Below, in pieces: positions 12,212 through 26,639 of a stretch of 64,000 nt of DNA (positions are counted from its first letter, which is position 1; every line of letters begins with the position of its first letter). Location: the NCBI GenBank assembly GCA_951406725.2, contig OX597815.1, positions 72,602,001 to 72,666,000 on the forward strand, in the 5' to 3' direction. Position numbers and translations under genes: made by a program. Source of the stretch: Octopus vulgaris. Its lineage: Eukaryota. The notes beneath the pieces are model-generated. The model was not told where the DNA came from. It did no database searches and worked only from the letters and a program-made list of their open reading frames with translations.

Positions 12212-12298
12212 CCGTATTTATTCGTGTAAGCCGCATCCCAGTTTTTTTAGTTAAAAATCAAGTATAAAACACTGCGACTAATACATGAGTTAATATGG
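12212..12298. mobile_element. Very small pogo/Tc2-like MITE
   Basis: TA|ccgtatttattcgtgtaagccgca...tgcgactaatacatgagttaatatgg|TA: imperfect TIRs with TA flanks. Confidence 0.55.
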
Positions 12299-12535
12299 TA
12301 ATTATGGCCCCTCTATGTTCTAAGTTCAAATGTCATCGAAGTCATCTTCGATCTTCATCCTTCTGGGGTTGATAAATAAAGTGGTAGTCAAGTAACTGGA
12401 GTGAATATAATAGACTGAATAACCTCCACTACACCTTCCACTCCACAATATTGAATTGCTGTGGCTTGACCTCGGCGAGATTTGAACTCAGAACGTAAAG
12501 AGCAAGAAGAAATATCGCTCAGTGTTCAATCTTCG

Positions 12536-12596
<61 letters not shown>

Positions 12597-12966
12597 ATCA
12601 GTAAAGATGAAGAAGTCCCAAAAAGGAGGTAGGGTTGACATCATAGCACCATCAACCCTTTCGGTCGCCACTCCGTGGACTTAGGAGAAAATATTTGGTG
12701 GGGATTTGTACTTTCTTCTGTATCACATTGATAGGCAGCAGATAAGTAAAGTGGATTAAGATTCTTTCGCAACCCATAATCTCCATTATAATCAATCGAA
12801 TTATCCTAACGTAGATATGCTGCTACTAGCTAAACAGAGACGTAGGATTATCTTTCATCTTTCTGGATGCAGAGGGGAAAACATTCTGGAGATTAAGACG
12901 ACTAGTAACGCGAGTTGCAGCCATTTTAGGTCTCGGAGCTACATCGAGGTATTTTACATAACAATG

Positions 12967-13037
<71 letters not shown>

Positions 13038-13813
13038 CGTGCGTGCGTGTGTGTGACAGAGAGAGAGAGAGAGAGAGAGAGAGTGAGAAAAAGAGTTGTT
13101 TCTTCCATTTGGTTTTTTTAGCGGGAAATTTTTAATTCCATTATTTCACAAAGGATCGTAAGGACTGATAGAAGGAAAAGTATCTTAGTGTTAATTAAAT
13201 TGTCCGTTTTGTTGTTTACCGATGAGATCTTAAACAAGCCGAGTTTCTCGTAAGTGCAACCTTATCTAATTTTACTATATTCTATTGTAGCTTTCTACTG
13301 AAGAACAAAAAGGAAAAAGAAATGAAACGAAAAAAGAAAAATGGCGGCGAAGATAATCTTCTATTTCGCCTTTGTTGTTTGTCTTTAATAAATAACAATA
13401 GCTAGAAATCTTTGAAGGCTAAAAATAAATAAATAAAAATTCTTACTCACAGAGCAAAAGCAAAAATAGAATTTACAAGCAAAAGGAAACGTGAAAAAAA
13501 AAAAAAGAAGATAGAAGAAAGAAAAATTAGAATCAAAAGGAATTTGGAAGATATTTTAAATGTTCCGACCACGTTTTAGAACTGTGGCGCTTCTCACTGA
13601 GCAACCTCCAAGTTACATCGTTTTGCATTCAGTCGGTTTCTCATGTTTTAGGAATAAAAAAAATATATATTTGAAATTTCAATTAGGTGTAAAGTTGGTG
13701 CAATGCCTACAGCGAAGTAAAGATGAAGTGATTTTTTTTTAAAAAGTAAATATGGCGTAGGTAGGAGCGGCGGCAGCGACATTAATTAGGATAAAAGCAA
13801 TTAGAAAGTTAAG

Positions 13814-13917
<104 letters not shown>

Positions 13918-14124
13918 AAGAAGAAGAAGAAGAAGAAGAAGAAGAAGAAGAAGAAGATTTTAATGAGGTATTATTCGAGACAGTCGAATCGATGATGAGA
14001 TAACTAGAAATTTTGTGTCGACCGAAAAGAAATCGACGGAAACGTTTTAACGTTTTTAAGGTGGTTTTTCACAAAGGTATGAGGTTATGTTATTAAACCA
14101 AAATATATACATACATACATAGGT

Positions 14125-14160
<36 letters not shown>

Positions 14161-14168
14161 GCAGACAC

Positions 14169-14276
<108 letters not shown>

Positions 14277-14690
14277 AAAATGATGACATACATATTTATT
14301 CTTTATACGTTCCGGTAGATTCGAATTTAAATATGCTAATCGCTGTTGTATTTCTTCATTTTAGACAAACTTCAGTATGCATCAGCAAGTAAACAGCACC
14401 AAATGTCCCAAAATCTCCTTGCCCCAGTGAAACGAAGGTGTAATTCGTCTGAATAGAGCAGATGTTCACTGGTATTGTGGTTGCTTGCCGAGCTCAATAA
14501 AATCTCGGTGTACACAATTGAAACAATTTTAAGTTAGATTAAACATCTATGTACCATATTATATATATATATATATATATATATACCGGAGTATGCACAT
14601 AAATGTGAAAGAGAGTGGAAAAAAAGAGTACTCAAATACGAGAGCTAGAGTAATATGCTTTATTTTAAAGCAGCAGAAATATAACAAAAG

Positions 14691-14726
14691 CTGTTACTCA
14701 GTTTCACGTTCCCGTTCGTCGGACAG
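14691..14726 (-). ncRNA. Minimal hammerhead ribozyme motif, CCGACGA variant
   Basis: Minus strand: ctgt-CCGACGA-acg-ggaa-cgt-GAAAC-tga-GTA-acag; stems I and II pair perfectly. Confidence 0.6.
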
Positions 14727-14818
14727 ATTTGTTAAAATAGAGCATAAATAACGATATATATTGATTTAGTATTTCTAAATTGAATTTTTCCCTGTAAGTT
14801 TGGAATAATATTCCCTCA

Positions 14819-14871
<53 letters not shown>

Positions 14872-14912
14872 TTATTATTATTATTATTAGCATTATTATT
14901 ATTATTATTGTT

Positions 14913-14970
<58 letters not shown>

Positions 14971-15529
14971 GAGACAGATTTCCTATGAGCATTTAACTGG
15001 CTGTGTGTACGCATCCTTGGCAAAACTCAAGGAAGCCAGAACACGTCCGACATTCTTGCGGGTCCCTACCGGAACCCTACTGTTCGACTCACTCCAATAG
15101 ATGTTGTTCTTTTAACACACATAATCCTATGAAGATATTTTATCCCAGACGAAAACGGCAGTGTCATGCCTGTCAATGGTGATATACATTAATTAGGATA
15201 CATCGATGGATATTTTAATTTGATACTGTTTCAACTGCGTGCACCGAGTTTTTATTCAACCCAGCGAGTTTCCGCAATACCAGTGAACGTTTTATTCACT
15301 GTTTTCTGTATATCGATGCGTGAATTTCGTTTAAGCAGGTGACAATCGGGTACACGGCATTGACAAGCTGCAAGTAAGTCGAAATGCATCTGGCATTCTC
15401 GCTGGTCAGTGATGTTTGTCTCGCTCCGTTAAATATTGTGCTTTTAACACAGCATGTCTAAGAAAAGATTTTCTCTCAAACAAAAACCACAGCATCATGC
15501 CCGTTAATGGTGTACATACTAGTTTTGTT

Positions 15530-16395
15530 GTTATATTTCCTTCTTTTTCTGTTTATGACACTCCTTTTCTTTTTATCAGTAATCTATAATTTCTTTTACC
15601 TTTTTTCCATAGCTTTATTCTTTTTTTCTATATTTTTATTTATTTCTCCTTTATTTTCACCATGTTGCTTTCATGTTCTCTTTTTCCTTCTTCCTTTCTC
15701 TTCATTGCTTTCCTTACTTCTTTCCTTGTCTCCCTTTCTCTCCTTCCCGTCTTTCTCTCTTTTCCCTTCTTTTTTTCTTTCATTCTCTCCCCATCTATCT
15801 TTCTCATTCTCCCTGTTTCTTACTTTCCACTATTTCACTCTCCACTATTTTTCTCTTTCTTTTCTCCTCTCCCTTTCTCTCTCTCACTCTCTCTTCTCCA
15901 TCTTTCCTATATATCAGTCTTTTCCTTTACATTTTCTTTTCTCCTTTTTCCTTTCTCTCCCTTTTTCCACCTTTTTTCCCACCTTCTCCTTTCTTCTCTC
16001 TCTCTCTCTTTCTCTTTCTCGCTCTAGACAAACCCTCCCTTCCTGCCCACTTACACTCTTTCTCTCCCTCCTATAACTCTTTCTCTTCCTCCCTCCTCCC
16101 CTTCTTTCTGTTTCTCTCTCTTCCTGCTATCTTTATCTCCCTGACTCCCTCATCCCCTTCCTCTTTGTCAATTACTCTTTCTTTGTTTCTTCTCTTTCTC
16201 TCCCTCTCCACCTCCGCTTCTTTCCTCATTTTTTTCCTGCTTTACACAATTCGTCTCTAATTTCCTTCTCTTTCTCATTTTCCTTCCATCTTTCTTCTCC
16301 CCCTCTCTCTCTCATCCTACCTCCTCTCCTTCACCTTGTCTTTCCAACCCACCCACCAACCATCCAACCGGCTTACCTTTCCTTTCTTTCCTTCA
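15530..16395. repeat. Long polypyrimidine low-complexity tract
   Basis: Direct reading; source of the F/L/S-rich spurious ORFs. Confidence 0.9.
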
Positions 16396-16736
16396 CAGTT
16401 ACCAGTCGACGTTGCGCCGGTTGCTGTTGAGTTGTGTCACTGTAAACATATTAAACCCAACCAAACATCCGGAGTGCAAACTTTTCGGTGTCCTCTGAAG
16501 TGGAATCCGGTGGCGCCACACACAAACTTTTCTCGGAGATCTTGCCGTCATCCAGTCTTACTTGTCTCATGCTCTTACACCTGATTATTATTATGTCTGT
16601 CTGCCCGACTATCAACATCTACTTTACCTTTCAAATATCTGTCCTTTACGACCAACGCCGACATGACTTCATATAAGTATGTGTGCATGTGTGTGTGTGA
16701 CTGTGTCTGTGTTTGTCTATACACACACACATATAT

Positions 16737-16777
<41 letters not shown>

Positions 16778-16790
16778 TATATACATATAA

Positions 16791-16841
<51 letters not shown>

Positions 16842-17101
16842 TGTGTATATAATGCATACATATATACATATATATATATACATATATACATATATGTACA
16901 TACATGCATCCGTGCATATATATATATTCATACACACATATACATGTGTGTACATGTATGTATATATATACATGTATACACACAGACACATACACATATA
17001 GAGATAAACATACATAATACACACATACATATATATACGTATATATATATGTATATATTTGTATATATGTATATATATACATATGTGTATTTATATATAT
17101 G

Positions 17102-17138
<37 letters not shown>

Positions 17139-17289
17139 ATCACCGCTGCCTTCATCTCCTTATACATAAACATATGTATTCATTTATTCCCACCCCCTTT
17201 CCTCTCTCCCCTCTGCTCACTCCTTGCCTGTTTGCGAATATACACATTGCAAATATTTATCCATCAACATCTGCATACATGTATGCATG

Positions 17290-17323
<34 letters not shown>

Positions 17324-17349
17324 TGTATGTATGTATGTATGTATGCATG

Positions 17350-17383
<34 letters not shown>

Positions 17384-17584
17384 TGTATGTATGTATGTAT
17401 GTCATTGTTCAGTTTTATTTCAAGATTTCTTGCCAATAGAGAAAGAGTCGGGTTCTAACCTTGATCCAAGGTTCCTTCATTGTTAATTTCAGCATTAACA
17501 ACAGAGTATTTTTGTCGGTTTGTTTGCTTGTATGTATGTATGTATGTATGTATGCATGTATGTATATATATATGTATATATATC

Positions 17585-18173
17585 TTTTTATTTTATTTTA
17601 GTCGTTTCAATCATTAGACTGTCGCTATGTTGAGTTATTGCTTTGAAGAGGTTTTAGTTGAACTACCCTAGTGTTAATTGCACCAAAGCCTGGTAATAAT
17701 TCTGTCGGTCTACTTTGCCGAACTGCCAAGTGATTACTACGTAATCACCATTTGTCAAGCGGTGGTGGGGGAAGCATTTCAGATTCCATCAACCAAATAT
17801 ACTCACAAGACTTTGGCTGGTCCAAAACTATAGTAGAAAACACCGTTTGGCTGGGAAGCATATTCTTACCACGTACATATACGTGTATATATATAGGTCT
17901 GTGTGTAGGTGTGTGTAGGTATGTAAAGGTACCTTTTCGAGTCATGGTGATACATAAGGTCCGGTTTCCCAGTTTCCATGGTGTATAAATACACCTGGAC
18001 GGGATGCAGGTTCATCGCAGGATTGCTCCTTTTTGCCAGCTGAGCGGACTACTGGAGCAACGTGAAATTAAGTGTTTTGCCCAAGAACACAACGCATCGC
18101 CCAGTCCAGGAATCGAAACCACAATCATACAATCATGTGTCCAACACCCTAACCACTATGTCACATTGCATCC

Positions 18174-18175
<2 letters not shown>
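17585..18175 (-). mobile_element. Diverged SINE B (17585-17875) followed by SINE C (17930-18175)
   Basis: Homology to the other copies of each family in the window. Confidence 0.65.
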
Positions 18176-18238
<63 letters not shown>

Positions 18239-18362
18239 GCGTGCATGTGTCTGTGAATACCAACATCGGTACAGAAGCATATTTAGGTTATGTATGCAAT
18301 TAATTGATCCCAGCTGAGCATTTCATCAGCCCTTGGGCTAATTCAGAAACGTACATTGTATT

Positions 18363-18585
18363 AAGGCGGTGAGCTGGCAGAAACGTTAGCAGGTCGGGCG
18401 AAATGCGTAGCCGTATTTCGTCTGCCGTTTTGTTCTGAGTTCAAATTCCGCCGAGGTCGACTTTGCCTTTCATCCTTTTGGGGTCGATAAATTAAGTATC
18501 AGTTACGCACTGGGGTAATCGACTTAATCCGTTTGTCCTTGTTTGTCCCCTCTGTGTGTAGCCCCTTGCGGGCAGTAAAGAAATT
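18363..18585 (+). mobile_element. SINE family A with about 20-bp TSD
   Basis: agaaacgtacattgtattaa at 18345-18364 and 18586-18605. Confidence 0.9.
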
Positions 18586-18794
18586 AGAAACGTACATTGT
18601 ATTAAATATATGGTCAATAATATACTTCGAAACATGCAAGGGGCAAGTTTTGAGAGAGGTGAATCATAAATAAATAAATAGCAAACGATGGACAGGTGTC
18701 AATTCATTATAGCCGTTTCCAACAACTTTTTTTAATTGATCAATTGAACCGTTTTCATCAGAGGAATACATGAATTTTACAGTCAAGGACATTG

Positions 18795-19180
18795 TTTTAC
18801 TTGTTTCAGTCATTTGACTGCGGCCATGTTGGATCACCGCCTTTAGTCGAACAAATAGACCCCAGGACTTATTCTTTGTAAGCCTGATACTTATTCTATC
18901 GGTCTTTTTTGCCGAGCCGCTAATTTACGGGGACGTAAACACACCAACATCGGTTGTCAAGCGATGGTGAGGGCATAAACACAGACACACAAATACATAC
19001 ATACGTACATACAATTGTGTGTGTGTGTGTAAGTAAATGTACCTACGACGAGCTTCGTTCTGTTTCTGTCAACCAAATCCGCTCACAATGCTTTGGTCAG
19101 CCCGAGGCTGTTGTAGAAGACACTTGACCAAGGTGCTACTGTGTACTTGGGAAGCATTCTTCTTACCACACAGCCACGCC
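18795..19180 (-). mobile_element. SINE family B
   Basis: ttttacttgtttcagtcatttgactgcggccatg...ttcttaccacacagccacgcc. Confidence 0.85.
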
Positions 19181-20147
19181 TTTAAAAAAAATTTAATCCA
19201 GGGCACATACATAGCACATACATACTTGGTGAATTCCTGATCGACGCTTACCGTATATACGCGATAAGAATATGTCAAAGGCCATATAATGTAATAGATG
19301 CATCAATAAGTGCTTTTATCAAATGAAATGCCTAAGCTCCGACGCTAAGTGCCGGGATACAGGATCCGTACAAATAAGAGTTGGTTATAGGCGATGATGG
19401 TGGTCGAGGTGACGTAGGTGTATTGGAATAAAATTATGAAGGCGTAGTTGCAAGGCATCAAATCATTTTATCGTATACTTATACACAAGGGAGAACAAAA
19501 ATATATAGATATAGGCAGTAAACCAAGAAAACCGGAAGCTAAAAGTTCATAGCGATTCGGCGTAGATGGGTACAGATATATGAAAGCTATACAGATGAAA
19601 TAGTGGAGAATTCGTGTTGATTTGTATTGACTCGATCTGAATAGACCAGAAAAATCCATTAGATTACTTGTGAATATCTCGTAAGTGATGGATAGGAAAT
19701 TGTTTCTGGAATAGGTGCACATAAGAACCAGATCTGCGCATTTTGCCTACATATATACGTAAGGTAGATTGGTGCAATTTAGTGTATGTGAAGTAGCACA
19801 GTATACGTCACTCATGTGTGTGTGTGTGCGTTTGTGTACATATTTATATATTTACTTCTTTGGCTGGATCGAATTCGTATGAGCGCTGGTCCCTACACTG
19901 TATTTTGCGTGGTTTTCAGTGTTTATGAGTGCACAATGTTGTCGTCCTTTAGTCACAGGGAGCCCCTGACCGAGCATACGTGTGATCAGAGCATTCCATT
20001 CTTGGGTATATCATCCTTTACCCATGAGTAAGAAGCCCAGAATGACACAATACAACCCTGTTACTTTCCAACGGTCACATCATGTATGTATTATTAAGTA
20101 GAGATATAGAGGACCGAGAGGGTTTCTATATCCGCTCGCAACTACAT

Positions 20148-20504
20148 AAGCACTTAAAATAATAATCGAAAGTTTGCAGCATGTTGTCAAGTACAACTCG
20201 CTTGCGAGTGACGGCTATGAAGTTTGCAAACTACAAGCAACCTTTGTTAGGACAGAGTACTATGATCTCTTGTTTCTAAACATCTCTATTGTCCAGACAG
20301 GGTCGGATGAAGATATCGCAACTCGGGCAGTCACACAGAACCCTGCGTCATGTGTTTGGAATATTTACAGAAATACGAACAAGAAAATATGAAAACACTA
20401 AATACCAATAATATATTTCGTTCTTATATTTACTACCGATAACCGTCACTCGCAAGCGAGTATGACTTGGTAACATTTTTCACCGAATTGATTTAAGAGC
20501 TTTA
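20148..20504. mobile_element. MITE-like element with about 65-bp imperfect TIRs
   Basis: actcgcttgcgagtgacgg (about 20196-20214) is the reverse complement of ccgtcactcgcaagcgagt (about 20443-20461); looser pairing extends outward. Confidence 0.6.
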
Positions 20505-20699
20505 TACTCTTGATCCAGCGGATCATCGAGGTTGTAACAACTGGAGAGGTAAGGGCTTCCCCAGCACTAGGCTGCTACATTTTTTTTCTGATGATCAGAC
20601 TGGAGCAATATTAAGTACATTAGCTTGCTGAAGAAAACTAAACACTTTCAGATTCACCCATGTATCCATCTTCACATCCACAATTCCTGAGAGGGTTGT

Positions 20700-21060
20700 T
20701 GGGGTAGAGTCCTCAGGCACTTCCTCCATAGGTTCCTATCAGAACCAGCCGTCATTAGACTTTCTGATTAAATTCCCTAGTGCAACCAACTGAAACTTTG
20801 GATCTTATCCAACCATCTTATTCTTGGTCTACCTCAAAGTCTCCCGACGTTTTACTCAGCTTGAAGAATCCGCCTTGCGATTCTAATTACATGTGACATT
20901 CTAATTACATGTCCGTAGTACCGGAGCTTTACCTGATCTCCAAGCAATGCACCCTGTCGAGTGACAAACAGAAATCCTTCAGAGGAACACCATTTCGGCT
21001 GCTTGTATTCGTGATCGTGCTGTTTTGGTCATTATCCAACGTTCTCGACGAGAGGTGAGG
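20700..21060 (-). pseudogene. RTE-clade LINE, ORF 3' region fragment
   Basis: Minus-strand pieces: ERWIMTKTARSRIQAAEMVFL, LRYYGHVIRM and RPRIRWLDKI. Confidence 0.75.
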
Positions 21061-21931
21061 ATAGACACGAAAAGATAGCACGTTAAAAAGAAACATTCAC
21101 AGAGACCTTTTATTGCATTCAAATTTCACATACTTCAGTTCACTGATTTTTTTAAAAACTTTTACTTGCTTCAGTCAGTAGACTGCGGCTATGTAGGAGC
21201 GTCGCCTTGAAAAATATTTTGGTCGAATGAATCGACACCAGTACTTACTTTAAAGCCTGGTACTTATTCTATAGGTTCCTTTTGCTGAACTGCTAAGTTA
21301 CGGGGACGTCTCCCGCGTGGCTTGCTTAGCACCCCACCCCTACGATCGTGTGATAGTGTCCACAGTAAAAATCTGAGGCTGTGTGATAGTCCAAGTTCTA
21401 AAGCCATCAGTTTTATGAGTGGGTGGTGGTGGGGGATAAGTTGATTACATCGTCCTAGTACTTGACCGGTACTTTATTTTTTTATTGACCCCGAAAGAAT
21501 GAAAGGAAAGTTGACCTTGGCGGAATTTGAACTCAGAACACGTAAGTATATTGTCCGATGTGTTATCGATTCTGCCACGCTCGCTGTCATATTATCTTAA
21601 TTTACTTGTTCTTAACTCTGTGATGTTTGAGTTACGGTGGAAAACGGAACCGTTTTAACCAATTTTAACGCCTGCCACTTAGTTCACAGGCGAAATCACT
21701 AATGTTTCCGCCCTTGTCAACTCGTGTCACACACTTCTCTATAGATTCTGTTGTCCTTATCTTCTAAAGTATATTGGAGCAAGAATCCAAGGTATGCCTG
21801 CCTCCTTACAACCGCAGGCATTGTAATTAGATTTTACACACAGCACACAATAATTAGATGTTGCACAAGCACACACGCACGCATACACACACATACATAC
21901 ATAACATGTATATATACATAAGCATAACCAT

Positions 21932-21977
<46 letters not shown>

Positions 21978-22339
21978 ATACATATATATATACATACACA
22001 TACAAGTACACATACACTCACAAACGCATATACACACACACATATATGCAATCAATATATTATTGATTATGCGCAAGTAATCAACGTGTGTATGTGTGAG
22101 TGCCTGTGTGTAATTGCTTTATTAATTACTTTACAATATCACAGTATCTTGCTATATCTATAATGAATGTTTATATGCGTATATGGATCTTATTGTATGA
22201 ATGAATGTGTTGTATATATGTGTATATGTGTGTGTATGTGTGTGTGTTGTATGTAGATATATATCGTTTGTATAGATGTATGCATGAATATATTTCTGGT
22301 TGTGCGTCTATATTGTCTCTTTCATGTATAACAAGTTAA

Positions 22340-22740
<401 letters not shown>

Positions 22741-24955
22741 AGAGATATTTAAACGCATGGCTAAATGCTTGCGTTTCTAAGTTTGTATAACTATAAAGTG
22801 AAAGAGAGAGAGAGAAAGGAGAAAGAAAGAGCGAGAGAGAGATTGAAAGAAAGACAGAGACAAAGAGAGAAAGAGAGTGAAAGTAGAACACGATGAATTT
22901 TATCATGTTACATTTATGTGTTCATACATGTATGAGATGGTGAGAAAGAGTGAGCATGAAAGAGAGAAAGAGTGAGCATGAAAGAGAGAAAGAGAGAGTG
23001 CGTGTGAGAGAGAGAGAGGGGGAGGAGAGCAACAGAGCGAGAGAGAGAGAGAGTGTGTGTGTGTGTGTGATTGAGAGGAGAGAATTAGAGAGAGTTGGAG
23101 AGATAAATAGTTGGTGGATGAGACATAAAGTGCTTATATATGCTGTTGTTTGTGTGTCATCATGATGATGCGGAATCTGTCACCTGAAAAAGAAACTCGA
23201 ATGCAGAAAATCTTTACGAAGCTTTTTGCAAGTTAAACAGTCTCAATCACGCATGCACACACACACGCAAACACACACAAAAACACACACACAGATACAA
23301 ATACACACACGCACAAGCACAAACACACACAAACACACAAACACATGCACACACAGACACAAACACACACAAACACACAAACACATCCACACACAGACAC
23401 AAAGAAGCCTATATACATATATACAGGCACACATGCACTTAAGACTAATCGAAGTGACGAGAAGTAAAAGAAGGTAAGAATTTGAAAAAAAATATGATTG
23501 AACGAACAAAACGAAACGAAACAAACCAAAAGCAAAATAAAACTAAAGAAACACAATGAAACCTTTCCATGCATATATCGTCTGAATGTTATTTAAATAA
23601 ACAATTGGAACAATGCAAGCCTCAGGCAATATGGCCGCCAAGCATTTTGTACTTTTGTCTATTATTGCTTTGTTTTGTTCTTTTCCGATGTCGTCTGCAA
23701 TTATTAATGCGAAGTAATTTTACCGCTGCTTGGCGACGAAAGTAAAGCCATGTTACTGTTTACAGATGAAGAAGAAGAAGATGGAAGAAGAAGAAGAAGA
23801 AGAAGAAGAAGAAGAAGAAGAAGAAGAAAAAGAAGAAGAAGAAGAAGAAGAAGAAGAAGAAGAAGGGTTGAAAGGCTTAGGTTTAATATGATTACATTCT
23901 CTCTGTCTCTCTCTGCCTCTCTCTCTCTCTGTCTCTCTCTCTGTCTCTCTCTTTCTCTCACTGGTTGTCTGAGCAGAAATGGAAGAAATTTTTGATAGTA
24001 GACCTCTCCACAGTCCCCTTTTCTCTTTCTCATTCTACCCCTCTCTTTCTGCTTCTCTCTCTCTCTCCCTCTAATATATATGTGAGCGTTGTTGTTGTTG
24101 TTGTTGTGTGTGTCTGTCTGTCTGTGCCTGTGTGTATGTATGCATGTGTCAGTATAAGTGTATGTGTATACATACACACATACATACATACATACATACA
24201 TACATACATACATACATACATACATACATACATACTTGCAAATATATATATATAATATATGCATGTATGTATACGTACGTGTAAATACACACACACACAC
24301 GTATATACATGTATAGTTATGCACCGTCATAAATACAACATATATACATACCTGCATGCATACAGATAGACAGACAAACTGACAGACAGACAGGCAGACT
24401 GACAAGCTGACAGATGTTTGAGATTCTAGGTAGGGCATGAGTGGTTTCGATTCGTGATCATGATTGAAGCTATTTCACTTACTTTTGAAATGCTTTTCAG
24501 AATTTCATAAATAAATGAATAAATAAATAAATAAATAAACAAACAAATGAATAAATAAATGTATAAATAAAAATCCTTGCGTTCTCGCAGACTCTTTCAT
24601 TTCTCGTCGCATATACATCTAAGTTCTTTCCTATGTAAAAACTCTATACACCTCAGTATTGGATTCCGACGAGATGACAGCAGTTATGCGTATGTCACTC
24701 AGCTAACAATAGAAGTAAGTGCTTTTACGCAATATCACAGAAATATTTCAATGCCAAGTATGAATTCTTCCATCTTATCTTGAAAGTGAGGAGCATTCTT
24801 CAATTCGGTAATTACATGTTAGATATGAAAAGTCAAAAGTCACACAGAGATAGACATGTCTACTAAATTATTTCGTTTATTTTTTTTTTTTTTACGCAAT
24901 CCGCAAACATGCAAACTAATAAAATATCGCATAAATATGCGTGTGTGTGTGAGAA

Positions 24956-24996
<41 letters not shown>

Positions 24997-25159
24997 AAAG
25001 AAGAAGAAGAAGAAGAAGAAGAAGAAGAAGAAGAAGAAGAAGAAGAAGAAGAAGAAGGAGGAGGAGGAGGAGGAGGAGGAGGAGGAGGAGGAGAAGAAGA
25101 AGAAGAAGAAGAAGAAGAAGAAGAAGAAGAAGAAGAAGAAGAAGAAGAAGAAGAAGAAG

Positions 25160-25520
25160 AATCCTTTCTACTATAGGTACAAGGGCTGAAATTTGGTGGG
25201 AGGAGGTAAGTCGATTATATCGACCCTAGTGCGTGACTGGTACTTATTTAATAGACCCTGAAAGGATGGAAGGTAATGTGTTGACATCGGCGGAAATAAT
25301 ATGGAACATTGGTTTCAAATTTTGGTACAAGGCTAGCAATTTCGGGAGAGGGGCTAAGTCGATTACATCGACCCCAGTACTCAACTGGTACTTATTTTAT
25401 CGACTCCGAAAGGATGAAAGGTGAAGTTAACCTCGGCGGAATTTGAACGCAGAACAGACGGACGAAATACCGTTAAGCATTTCGCCCGTCATGCTAACCA
25501 TTCTGCCAGCTCACCACCTA
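25160..25520 (-). mobile_element. Two SINE family A units
   Basis: cctttctactataggtacaagg... and ...ttctgccagctcaccacct. Confidence 0.8.
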
Positions 25521-25523
25521 AAT

Positions 25524-25579
<56 letters not shown>

Positions 25580-25581
<2 letters not shown>

Positions 25582-26119
25582 GCCCTGATGCAGTACCAGG
25601 CAGTGGCTCTCATGGCTTCTGATCTTAACTGATTGGAAGTGTTATCATGTACATTGTTTTGTCTTGGTATAAAAGATGGGCTAATATTCTGCTCAATACC
25701 ACAGATTTGCTTGTCAGTTGTTTGACCTTAACCAGTTGAGCATGTCCCTTAGTGGCTGACGATATGTGCATCTCTGATCACGAGCAGAAGTAGTGGGGAG
25801 CATCATAGACATGTGTTGAGAGGGATTCTTTGGGGTTTGAATAGTTCACCTCCTGGAAACATGGATGTTTCGTTCATCATCCTTAAACAACCTTTATTCA
25901 GGGACCTTTCTACTATAGGTACAAGGCCTGAAATTTAACTGGGCCCCACCTGCAAGGTCATGTGCTGTTTATCTTGATATGAGATCACCATGTCGCGCAC
26001 ATATGGTTGTGATGCATGTGCCTGGTGTACCTTTATCAGACGGGTAGTCATGATGGGTATATTGGGCTTCGTATATTTTACCCCAGTGTCACTTTGATGG
26101 CATGAACTGCTCTCTCACT
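25580..26119 (+). mobile_element. About 540-bp non-coding retroelement with (TAA)n tail, inserted in (TAA)n
   Basis: Closely similar second copy at 62848-63385; both end ...ctgctctct(c/a)actc(a/g)ataataataa. Confidence 0.8.
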
Positions 26120-26120
26120 C

Positions 26121-26179
<59 letters not shown>

Positions 26180-26639
26180 CAACAACAACAACAATAATAA
26201 TAATAATAAGTGAGGGAGCGCCATAGACATGTGTTGAAAGGAATTCTTGGGGGTTTGGATAATTCACTTCTGGAAACATGGACGTTTCGTTCATCACCCT
26301 TAAACAACCCTTATTCAGGGACCTTTCTACTATAGGTACAAGGCCTGAAATTTAGAGGGAGGGGACAAGACGACCACATCGACCCCAGTGTTTCACTGGT
26401 ACATAATTTCCCCATCCCTAAAGGACGAAAGACAAAGTCACCTCAGCGGAATTTGAAATCGGAACGTGATGACTGCGGAATTAAAGGATAAGGAAAAAGA
26501 AATGGAAAAGACTGTGAAACGCAACAGAAATATACAGAGTACACAAAGAAGAAACTCCAACTAGAGCCAATCAAGGAACTCCACCTACTTATGAACCCTC
26601 TTGCCTGTTCTCCAATCTACAGGCGTGTACTTAGAGTAA

